From the NCBI GenBank assembly GCA_964016885.1, contig CAXHJY010000102.1, forward strand, positions 1 through 64,000: 64,000 nt of DNA. Direction: 5' to 3'. Made by a program: the position numbers and the translations under genes. This DNA comes from Eledone cirrhosa. Lineage: Eukaryota. Below the pieces are notes generated by a model. It did no database searches. It saw only the letters and a program-made list of their open reading frames with translations, and was not told the DNA's origin. Below are positions 1-11,670 of this stretch, in pieces. The first letter of the stretch is position 1, and the number at the start of each line of letters is the position of its first letter.

Positions 1-265
1 GACAACACTGTTTAGTTTCCGTATCTCCCTTCAATATATACAGAGAGAGAGAGAGAGAGATTTGGAAAACTACACACACAGAGCTACAGAGAGAGACAGA
101 AAAAACGAGGGAGGGGAAAGAGAGAGATACAATTAAAGTGTTAGTTATTCAGAGAGAGAGAGAGTCAGAAGGACAATGTGACACGGGAGGGTGTGTGTGG
201 TATCTTTGCAGTGGAGTGGTGGGGGCAGGTATACCTAGCCGGACGCCAGCCAGATGAGCCAGCTA

Positions 266-309
<44 letters not shown>

Positions 310-329
310 TGCAAACTCTACTAAGAGTA

Positions 330-612
330 TTGCAATCGCTTGTCAGATTCAGATGCGTGACGCTCAGATATATTTTTTCAAGTCTGCTAGAGACTTGCAC
401 TCCTTCACACACTGACAACAACTATGAATCTCCCTGGCCTGAGGTCTTGCACCAGGTTACCTGTGAACCCTCACAATACCATGGAGATCATAGTTCACTG
501 GTTCTCTTTGAACATGGCTGCGACTGTGGTTCCTGAGACCAGATTTGCTCAAGCAAATTTTTCCACACTCAAGACACTTCAATTCAATGGAGACACCGAT
601 TTTTTCGAGAGA
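330..612 (-). mobile_element. Degenerate LINE C-terminal fragment with C2H2 zinc finger(s)
   Basis: CLECGKICLSKSGLRNHSRSH (576-514) plus a decayed second finger (..ECKSLADLK..); this finger type terminates many RTE-type ORF2 proteins. Confidence 0.55.
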
Positions 613-653
613 TACACCAGAATATATATACATGCATACATACATACATACAT

Positions 654-694
<41 letters not shown>

Positions 695-727
695 CATACA
701 TATTGTCTTTCTTTGAATGTGTGTATG

Positions 728-1079
728 TATCATCATCATCATCATCATCATCAACGTTTAACGTCCGTGTTCCACGCTTGCATGGGTTTGGACGGGGGTA
801 GTCCCACTTGAGGCAAGAGTGATTGTCTTGCTCGCATAGGACTGTCTGGCAGGTTTTCTACAGTTGGATGCCCTTCCTAACACCAACCACATTTACAGTG
901 TGGGTCTGGGAGGTTTTTACCGTGTTGCCTACACGGCCACATTACAGCGTGGACTGTGTGTTTTTTTGTCGTGACACCTACACGATCTCATTTGTTTCGG
1001 CCTCGATGGCGCGGCACCAACATAACTTTACATAGAACGGGGTGGTGTGGATCGGGTGGGGGTGGGGGTGGTGGGACGT
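728..1079 (-). mobile_element. RTE LINE 3'-end fragment with long target-site duplication
   Basis: Same 3'UTR as 45726-46060; flanked by duplicated catacatacatattgtctttctttgaatgtgtgt (691-724 and 1103-1136). Confidence 0.9.
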
Positions 1080-2739
1080 ATATATATATATATATATACA
1101 TGCATACATACATATTGTCTTTCTTTGAATGTGTGTGTGTATATATATATATATATACAAAATACTAAAAAGTATGGGTTGGCATCAGGAAGGGCATCTG
1201 ACTATAGATATTTGTCATGGATAAAATAGGATGTTAATACATATATTTTCCAATATGTCTTTCCTTATATATTACTGCCTCACTGCCTCTCCTCCACCTC
1301 TCACTGTCTGTCTTACATTTTCTATTTCATGACTGGTTGAGCTAACAGACAGGGAAAGACATAAGTTTGTACATCATATCAGTGAGTTTGTCAAACATAT
1401 TCAGAAAGTGTGGAAGGGAAGTTTTTTTTTTTCAGTCTCACATATACATATTGACACATTAACATTATTATAATTGTTTCTACTTTTGGCACAAGGCCAG
1501 CAATTATTCCAGTGCATTACTGGTACTTTATTTTATCGATCCCGTAAGGATGAAAGGCAAAGTTAACCTCGGCGGGATTTGAACTCAGACCATAAAGGAC
1601 CGTAACTCTTTGCTGCAAAGCATGGCGTTCGACCCTCTACCCATACTGCCAATACACCGCCCTTTAATATGTACTCTACTACAGCACATTTATTGTGTGA
1701 GTAAACATGCATGTCTCTTTGTAATGGTGTTTTAACATGCATCTAATACTTCACCATGTGTGGGTAGGTAGATATGTGTAGTTCTTTTGATTAGGTTTAA
1801 TTATTTCTTTTACTCTTTAGTCAGGCGGGGAATAGCGGCACCCATAATATTTTTCAGAGCCTCCGATATAGTGGAAAAGAGGAAGGGATTTTGAAACCAC
1901 AGACAAACTGGACCTGAATACTTGCAAAGGTATCTATGAACCAGATAATAGTGTTAAACTATCACATCTATCATTCCTTGGTGTCAACATTTTCCATGCA
2001 CCATTTGCAACCAGTCACTGAAACAATGAAACTCAACAGGTCACAGTGTGAGGAAAATTTTGAAATAAATGATGTGAAGTGTATTTAACAGTTTTTTTTA
2101 GTTTTTGAATGGCTAAAGCTACTCTGTTAGCTCTGTTTATTTTGTCCATATTTGGAGAAATAGTAAATTTTCAAGTTTTTTCATAGAAATGCTAAATTTT
2201 ATAATTTGAGAACTGGGGAAAAAAAAAAGATTCTTTAAATTATTTGCTAACATTAAAACAAACAAAAAAACTTTTATTAACTTGGCTGTTTTCTTAAAAA
2301 AAAAAAAGTTTCAGATTCATATAAACCTGTCAAATAGGGAGAATTATGTGATACTAATATATACATACATATGTGCTACCTTGGCACCGCCATTCTGCAT
2401 GCCAATCTGTCCATCTCACCCATCCTGAGAAACATCCTTATTTTTCCTTCGACCTTTTAACTTCCTCTTTCTCCTGTTCAGACATTCCTTTTCCTTTCCA
2501 GCAACCATGAAACTAATAAGACTACATAGCTGTATCTCAATGTTCGTCTCCTCCCCACTCCCCAACCTTCCAGCCTCTGTTTTTCTAACCTCCTCTCCGA
2601 ACTTTGCTTTTTCCTGATGTCCAATACATTGAAACATCTTTACATTTACTTATCTTCATTCTCAAGCGAGAAACTAATAAAACTCTGTGTTATTGCATTT
2701 CTGCGTTTGTATTGTTTATTCTTTACCTACATACATATA

Positions 2740-3150
2740 TCTTCTTCTTAGCTGGTTTCAATCTGGGCCACAGTAACAAAGTCCCTCTGCCACATGTCTT
2801 GGTCCAACCTCATTGCCCTGAGATCCTGGACACAGTCCATGCCAGTGTCTTTGATCAGGTTGTCAACGTAGGTGTATCGGCATTTTGGTCTCCTTACAAC
2901 ATGAAATAAGTTCCAAAGGACTATCTGGGATGCTTCAAGTTCAGGGTGTCGCACACAATGACCAGAGCCTTCTTTGCCTGATCTTTTCGCTGACTTTTGG
3001 CAGGTCTCCATAAAGACATTTATTTGTCATATGTTGCTGCCATGTCACATTAGGGGCATTCATAGCATCCTTGTGCAGCAGCCATTTAGCCCACTTGTTA
3101 ACTTCTCAGTCCATGTCCATGTTTCACAGCCATGATTCAACAGTTGCAAG
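2740..3150 (-). mobile_element. Old RTE-like LINE 3' fragment
   Basis: GCETWTWTEKL..LNGCCTRML and GHCVRHPELEASQIVLW...RRPK..TYVDNLIKDTGM motifs in ORFs 3060-3290 and 2748-3011. Confidence 0.7.
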
Positions 3151-3319
3151 GAACAGTTTGATTTTGATCCTTCTAGAAAAATGTATTTCATACACAAAAT
3201 GCCAGCATCAACAGTTTCCCAAGAGATGGTAACATAAATGGACCTGTTATTTTTCTCTGTAAGAACATTTTTCAAACCTGCCCTGCCCACCTCCTCAATC
3301 TTTCTAATTTCTCATTCTT

Positions 3320-3355
3320 TCTTCTGATGAAGTGCTAGCGTCCAAAATGTTAAGA
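3320..3355 (+). ncRNA. Decayed hammerhead-ribozyme-like motif (homologue of 61962-61997)
   Basis: UCUU-CUGAUGA-A-GUGC(UAGC)GUCC-AAAA-UG-UU-AAGA, inside a ~200-bp repeat shared with 61876-62083. Confidence 0.55.
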
Positions 3356-5093
3356 CCCTCTTCCTGCTATTTCGAGCATTAAACTAATATATTCCTTCCA
3401 TATACTGTCTGTTTGTGTTGTTATTTCTGTTTACCTTTCACATACACACACACATATATATATATATAGAGAGAGAGAGAGGTGGGTGAGGTGGGGATTA
3501 TATGCAGGAAATCTTGTTTTAAAACATTTAAACATTCAACTAGGATAACCAAATGGAAAGGAAAATATACATAATTTCTGATATAGAATTATATATGGAA
3601 AAGCCAACAAAACGGGAATGTATGACATACAGGTTTAGTAATGTTCATAATACAAGTTAGAAAACTTTTAAAATGGTAACAAAAAAAAAAAAATGAAAAT
3701 TAAACTAAAATACAGAAAAAAAAGAAAATAATGAAGCAAAACACTATATTTACTGAAACTGAACCTAAAAGCAGTCACTTATATTAAACAACCAAATGCA
3801 CCATTAAATAAATAAACAAAACACTCCAGCAACAGGTGAATAACACATTAATGTAGCAATGTGCATGAACAAAGGATGGGAACAACAAGGATAAAATGGG
3901 GACAAAATACACAAAAGGATAAAATGGGGGTAAAAATACACAAATTTTTACTGAAATAAAAATAACTAAGCATATTTATTCACAATCACATTTACTCACA
4001 TACACCTGTTCAACTTTACCCATAAACACAAGTTCAACTTTTATAAATCCATTATTTTTTTAAAATAAATTTTTTCGTTAATGCATCTTTGTGATAAAAA
4101 TATAATTAGTAAATTACTAAATATACGAGATGATATGTTGTTAACGATATTGCAACTTTTCAGATTATCAACCTTATTTTTTTAGAGATGAATTTTTTTT
4201 AAATATTTCCATATACTCTATGTTTCCATTGGTGTGTGGTTTGATTGTCATTGGATCACTAATTCCTGATTGTGTAAACATTTGTGAACTAGATCTCCCA
4301 CTCACTCACTCTCACCCTCTCTCTCACACATACACAAACTGGTCTTTTGCAAGGTCTTACCCAAAGTCATGGTAAAAAACAAAGTGACTCACAGTGGGAA
4401 CAAACTTGAAGCTACAAGTTTGCAAAGCAAACTTCTTAACTATACAACCATGCCTACGCACACATATATATATGTATACCCACACATCTATATGTGTGTA
4501 ATATTTACATATTTATTATACACAGCTAAAAACCTTATCTAATACCTAATATCATTACTTATATACTGACACACACATGCGTACACATTTTCAAATATGA
4601 ATATACTCAGAGCCATGCCATGCAGGTAATTTGGGAATGATGAAGGAATCAAGAAAATAACTCGATACCATACAACAATGATTTACCATTCACCCTAGTA
4701 TTGTGGCATCTTGTTTAATGTCTGATTCATCTGAAAAGGGGAAAGCAATTTTAAAGGTTAACCAATAACAAAGAAAAAAGATGAAGAGTAAACTGTACCT
4801 AAAGTCGGTTGCATTTCCACTGGTTCTAAAAAGTTATAAAGTGTTATTGCATTTTAAAAATACATGTTAAGAATTTTATGTATGCGTATGTATCCATGTC
4901 TGTCTGTGTACACTCCCATGAACTAATATACGAGGTGTGTCAGAAAAGTTCCAGGGCTGATGTCACAAAAGATTTATTTCAAACCCAAACTTCACACTAA
5001 GAGTTTTCTCCTTCAAAGTAATCCCCCTGGAGTATGTAACTGTAATCTTAACTCTCTGCAGCGATCAAACTTTTTTCTTCATAATTTTATATA

Positions 5094-6380
5094 CGAGGGG
5101 GATCAAAAAGTTTGCAGAATTTTATCGTAGTAAGAAAAAAATAGGTTAAAACAATATTAAACATGTCACAACATTGTCATTGGGTGTTTACCTTGATATT
5201 AGTCATGCGCGGACTATTGTACAGTACTGACACTCTTTAAAAAAAACTCTTTTTGGAACAATGGAAAATAGTTATTTTGAGATAAGATCGAATATCAAGT
5301 TTCTGGTGAAACTCAAATGGAAAGGGACACAGATTATGGAGGTTTTAGTTAAAGTTTACGGTACTACTGCTCCAAAGAAAACTGCTGTCTACAAGTGGAT
5401 TCAGCGATTCAAACAAAGGAGAGACGACCTTGAAGACGACCATCGCAGTGGAAGACTAGGAACATCAAAAAATGACCAAACGTTGAGGCTGCGCAGACTT
5501 TAATTGAAGAAGATTGAAGAATAACAGTTAATCAGTTAGCTAAGTCCCTAGACATTTCATATGGTTCGGCAAATTCAATTCTGCACGATAATTTGGGACT
5601 AAGCAAGCTTTCAGTGCGATGGGTCCCAAAAGCGTTGCGCCCTGATCAGCTGATTCTTCGAAGTGATCTGTCTTTGGCGATATTAAACAAAATTGAAGTT
5701 GATGAAGAGCATTTCCTGACCAGAATCATCACCGGAGATGAAACCTGGATCTACCAGTATGATCCTGAATCCAAACAGCAGTCAAAACAGTGGCTTCCAC
5801 GTGGATCATCGGGGCCAATCAAGTTCAAATCTCAAAAGTCGGATAAAAAAGTGATGGCCACCATTTTCTGGGATTCAGATGGGGTGATACTAATAGATTA
5901 TCTTGAAGGTCAAAGAACTGTGACAGGAGCTTACTATGCAAATGTTTTAAGGAAACTGAAAGAGGCATTAGTCAAGAAACGAAAAGGGAAACTTCATGGT
6001 GGGATCTTGTTTGACCATGACAATGCACCAGCGCGGGTTGCAAAAGAAGTTCTTCGAGAATTTCGATGGGAAGTGCTTCCTCACCCGCCTTATAGTCCAG
6101 ATTTAGTCCCATCAGACTTTTTCCTCTTTCCAAAACTCAAAGAAATGCTAAAAGGAACCCGTTTTAGTAGTGTTGAAGAAGCTAAAAACACTGCCAACAC
6201 ATGGCTTCGAACAAGGCCTTCAACTTTCTTTAGAGACGGCTTACGAAGTTGGAAGCATCGCTTTGTGAAGTGTATTGACCTGGATGGCAACTATGTAGAA
6301 AAATAAATTGAAGGTAAATCATATTTTTTGAAAAGTAGAATATTTTCTGAAAAATTCCGCGAACTTTTTGATCCCCCTCG
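5094..6380 (+). mobile_element. Full-length (1287 bp) mariner transposon, Hsmar2/irritans-like, nested in the outer mariner
   Basis: TA|CGAGGGGGATCAAAAAGTTTGCAGAATTT...AAATTCCGCGAACTTTTTGATCCCCCTCG|TA (29-bp TIR, 2 mismatches). Confidence 0.95.
5261..6306 (+). pseudogene. Mariner (DD34D) transposase pseudogene of the inner element
   Basis: WVPKAL, ITGDETWIYQYDPE, HDNAPA and YSPDLVPSDFFLF motifs. Inactivated by a frameshift near 5480, a TGA near 5516, and a 3-codon deletion after HDNAPA (D2-D3 spacing 31 instead of 34). Confidence 0.93.
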
Positions 6381-6410
6381 TACATGTCCTCTGTTTCAGG
6401 TCGCCAAGCA

Positions 6411-7040
6411 ATGAGCACAGAGCAACGAACAAACTTGAAGTTTCTGGTACGGTTGGGGAAAACTCCGTCAGAAGCACTGGGATTGCTGCAGCAAGTGTAT
6501 GGAGATGAGACGATGTCACGCTCACGTGTTTTTTGAGTGGTGCAAGATGACCCCAGGAGCGGAAGGCCCTCAACAACCAGGACTGAGGTCAACGTTGAGC
6601 ACGTCAGGCAGATGGTGCATAGCGATCGTCGGCTGACAGTTCGACTGATGGCAAATGAGCTGGGCATGAATCGGGACAGCGTCTGGAAGATTCTCACCGA
6701 AGATTTCGACATGTGGAAAGTCTGCGCAAAGATGGTGCCAAAACTGCTGAACGATGACCAGAAGGGTCGACGCATGCAAGTGTGCCAGGACATCCTCGAG
6801 CGTCTTGAAACCGAACCAGACTTGCTAGGGACAATCATCACCGGTGATGAGTCATGTATCTTCGAGTACGACCTGGAGGGGACCCGTTTTGAAGACGTGG
6901 ACGACATCAAAAAAGCCGTGACGACAGAACTGCAGAGGATCCCGGAAGAATCCTTCCAGGAGTGCATGCAAGCATGGCAGAAAAATTTGGAAAAGTGCAT
7001 TAGACTCCAGGGGGATTACTTTGAAGGAGAAAACTCTTAG
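6411..7040 (+). pseudogene. Mariner transposase pseudogene of the outer element
   Basis: MSTEQRTNLKFLVRLGK..., frameshift near 6530, DDPRSGRP, MVPKLL, ITGDES; then YDLE|GTRF, a deletion that removes the 2nd and 3rd catalytic Asp; ends GDYFEGENS*. Confidence 0.9.
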
Positions 7041-7897
7041 TGTGAAGTTTGGGTTTGAAATAAATCTTTTGTGACATCAGTCCTGGAACTTTTCTGACAC
7101 ACCTCGTACATACTGATTAACAAGTCAAAGGAGGAGATCCTAAGTGGTCATCTGACTTGCTAGAAATTGCAGAACAATATTCCCCCAAACCACACTTCAC
7201 CATCTAAATAAAAGGAAATATTGGATTATGTACACTGAGATACAATATTCCTTGTATGTGTGTGTGTGTGTGTGTGTGTTAATAAAAGACTGGACAGTCA
7301 TGGATAGAAAATCTTTGATCAAAGAATTACTTCATCAGGGTAAACCAGGGTCTAAACAACACATACACAGTGTTGTGGCTTGTTTAGATGCAGTGAGCTA
7401 AAGATACATTTAGCTAAATCTTTTCATTTTAACAACAACAAAAATGTAAGGAATTTACTGTATTGACATTACATAAGCTCATAACTCCTGATAGAGTCTT
7501 AAGGTCTCAGTAGTGTCTAAATACAGTTGACTTCTTAGAGGTAGATAGATATAGATATAGAAAGGAAGTTGGAGTTAGGAAGGGCATCCAGCCATAGAAA
7601 CCAAGCCAAAATCAGTTCAGTGTGAGCGAATCACAGTCTCCCAACCTGCCCTACCCATGCTAGCGTGGAAGATGGATGTTTAAACGATGAAGTAAGAAAG
7701 TGGTAGAATTAATCCCCAGTATTGGAATGATACTTTATCGACCTCAAAAGGGTGAAAAGCAAAATTAACCTCAGCGAGGTTTGAAAGAGTTGAAATTAAT
7801 ACCATCAGGCAACCTATGTGATGCTCTAATGGCTTTGCTAATCTGCTGCCTTTTATTGTTACTGTTACATTTATTATAGTAGCAAATATTTCTTCTT

Positions 7898-8020
7898 TCT
7901 TTTTCACGCTCAGAGTTGCTGAAGCATGGAACAAACTACCTGCATTAGTTGTTAGCTGTCAGGACACTACGTCCTTCAAAACTTCCATGTTTCTAAAATT
8001 CGTCAACACGACACCTGATA
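7898..8020 (+). mobile_element. CR1/L2-type LINE 3' end
   Basis: Translates FFTLRVAEAWNKLPALVVSCQDTTSFKTSM, matching the FF..RV...WN.LP..VV......FK C-terminal CR1 motif. Confidence 0.75.
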
Positions 8021-8774
8021 TACCCCCTCCATACACATGCATGTATGTATGCGTGTGTGTGCCTGTGTGTATATCATGACTAATACGCTGTTCACTTTCC
8101 TGGCACTTGTACATTATTCTATGTACTATACATGCACCTTTGATGAGTTGTAGTGCACCTGAGCACTGTACACAATAATTTTCATTATTATTATGAGGAG
8201 GAAAGGCTGTACCAGTGACTCTACAGGGCTGGTGGGAGGGAAGGCGGAATTTATCTTCAAACCAGAGACCTGTCCCAAATAACTGCAACAAAGTAGATTC
8301 CACAAAAATAAGGTTGGATCAACCATTAAATGAAATGGCATCAAGGTAAGAGGGGCACCATTTTATTCAAATCAAATATAGTAATCATTTTTTTTAAAAT
8401 TGCACACCAAAATTTTTTAACTATTTAGAGCCTCAAAAGGTACTCAAAAGTCAGCTGGTGTTATGTATTTGATGTCTATAAATATTGCTGTTGTTGTTTA
8501 GTCTAATCAAGCAGACCTATGCTGAAAGGCATTCCTGTCATAATCATCCAGTTATTTTAGGGATATCTAGAACTACCATATCTAATATGTCCTTTCCCCT
8601 TTTTTAAGATGGTCATGAGATCTGAGGGAAATTTTGGCTGCTATTTCTAGCAGTTTAAGTGACAGTGCAGAGGTTCTCTCATTGATTTGTAATATATATT
8701 GATTGGTGCCATTGCTTACATTTTATTTTTTATCTTCGTTCCTTTAACTCGATATGCAGTTATTTTGCTGTATT

Positions 8775-8828
<54 letters not shown>

Positions 8829-8910
8829 ATATATAATATATATATATATATATAATATATATATATATAATATATAATATATATATATATAATATATAAT
8901 ATATATATAC

Positions 8911-9265
8911 AACAAATACACCCCGTCCCACCACCCCCACCCGATCCACACCACCCCGTTCTATGTAAAGTTATGTTGGTGCCGCGCCATCGAGGCCGAA
9001 ACAAATGAGATCGTGTAGGTGTCACGACAAAAAAACACACAGTCCACGCTGTAATGTGGCCGTGTAGGCAACACGGTAAAAACCTCCCAGACCCACACTG
9101 TAAATGTGGTTGGTGTTAGGAAGGGCATCCAACTGTAGAAAACCTGCCAGACAGTCCTATGCGAGCAAGACAATCACTCTTGCCTCAAGTGGGACTACCC
9201 CCGTCCAAACCCATGCAAGCGTGGAACACGGACGTTAAACGCTGATGATGATGATGATGATGATA
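8911..9265 (+). mobile_element. RTE LINE 3'-end fragment
   Basis: Reverse complement of 735-1079 (identical 70-aa pseudo-ORFs in the track); (GAT)n tail at 9244-9263. Confidence 0.9.
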
Positions 9266-10350
<1,085 letters not shown>

Positions 10351-10661
10351 GGAGGCACATGGCTTAGTGGTTAGAGCATTGGCCTTGCAATCGAAAGGTT
10401 GTGAGTTCAATTCTCAGAGCAAGACACTTTATTTCACATTGCTCCAGTTTACTCAGCTGTAGAAATTAGATGATAGGGACTGGAGTCCCTATCATTCCAC
10501 TGCAAAGTGGTCGTGGAGGTGCCATGGCAAAAAAGCATCCAGCACTCACTGTAAATGAGGTTGGTGTTAGGAAGGGCATCCAGCTGTAGAAATCAAGCCA
10601 GAATCAGTTCCCGTCCCACCCTTGCAAGCAGGGAAAAGTGGATGTAAAATGAAATGAAATG

Positions 10662-10663
<2 letters not shown>
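10351..10663 (+). mobile_element. tRNA-derived SINE with RTE-derived 3' tail
   Basis: A box TGGCTTAGTGG, B box GAGTTCAATTC, CORE-like gagcaagacacttt body, and tail ggaagggcatccagctgtagaaa shared with the RTE 3'UTR. Confidence 0.88.
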
Positions 10664-10697
<34 letters not shown>

Positions 10698-10940
10698 GTG
10701 TATGGTGCAAGTGTGTGGTGTGTGTGATTGTTGGCGAGTAGGGGGTTACAATTAGATAAAGTGAATGTAAAACCTTCGATGATGGCGGGATTTAGGTTCT
10801 CCATGTGGGGGCTGTTGATGTTGTAATATGTTTTTGAAGGTGTGTGGGTGTATGTTGTGTGTGTAGTGTTTGTCTTGAGTAATGATGAGGTTGTGCTTGT
10901 GTTGTGTATGTGTGTGCGTTCTGTTGCAGTGTGTGGGGGT

Positions 10941-11080
10941 GAGAGATAGAGTGAGAGGATGAGAAATAGAGAGTGAGAGGATGAGAAATAGAGAGTGAGT
11001 TGATGAGAAAGAGAGAGTGAGAGGATGAGAAATAGAGAGTGAGAGGATGAGAAATAGAGAGTGAGTTGATGAGAAAGAGA
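10941..11080. repeat. 22-bp purine-rich minisatellite with 66-bp higher-order period
   Basis: gagtgagaggatgagaaataga units, with a gagttgat variant every third unit. Confidence 0.85.
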
Positions 11081-11564
11081 AAGAAGGTGGATTAGTATTG
11101 GGGGGAACAGTGACAATGTTCTGAGATAAACTTTAGACTTTAACACAAATCAACTGGTCGGTTTATGAGGAGTTTTAGCACAGGGATTATGGATAATACC
11201 CCTAAATCCCTGGCTTGGTACTGCTACTGAAGAGTATTGCCTGCAAGCATACACATGTTAGCTCTATTTAGTACATGACTATGCATGCATATACAATTGT
11301 ATATGACAATTTCTGACACCTTAGTTTTTATTGTATCAATCACTTTCACTTTTGATACCAGGTACTTAGTTCTTCTTCATTTGTCCACACTAGCCTCCAA
11401 GGACTATTATAAATATTATAATTTTGATTATTTTCTTAATTTCATTTTTTTTAGAATAATAATTAAAAAAAAGAAAGATTAATTAACTTTGAGTAGGCAA
11501 AAAATTCAACAGGTAAAATATGTCATTGGGGTTTCTTTTAAAAAAAATTGTAATATCAACTCAC

Positions 11565-11670
11565 TTGCTCTGATGAGGTCTTCTAATTGTCGACCTTTTA
11601 GTTCAAGTTCACTAAGCTTTGCATCAATATCAACCACTTCAAGATGAATTTCTTCAGGTGTGTATGATTT
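11565..11670 (-). CDS. MICALL2: MICAL-like coding exon (start of bMERB/DUF3585 Rab-binding coiled coil)
   Basis: Acceptor ttttaattttag, [35 protein letters not shown] matches the I..EL..I...L..LE..G..LE..LR pattern of MICAL-family C-termini; donor GTGAGT at 11564. Confidence 0.85.

Larger units (their letters stand above)
4931..7106 (+). mobile_element. Internally deleted mariner transposon (outer element) with ~103-bp terminal inverted repeats and TA target duplication
   Basis: TA|CGAGGTGTGTCAGAAAAGTTCC...GGAACTTTTCTGACACACCTCG|TA; 4931-5033 is an inverted copy of 7004-7106; transposase remnant at 6411-7040. Confidence 0.93.

Noticed and set aside
2416-2637. Lys/Arg/Glu-rich minus ORF as the next bMERB exon
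   Set aside because: Lacks the expected L..WF.LV.EKN pattern and suitable splice sites; reflects a pyrimidine-rich tract on the plus strand.
6230-7000. 256-aa minus-strand ORF
   Set aside because: Antisense shadow of the mariner transposase remnants; no independent motifs.
10351-10420. tRNA-like sequence
   Set aside because: It is the head of a multi-copy SINE, lacks a full cloverleaf and runs into SINE body sequence.
11570-11576. CTGATGA hammerhead core match (also at 37274 and 56227)
   Set aside because: No properly placed helix II + GAAA + helix I; explained by coding sequence or (GAT)n tails.
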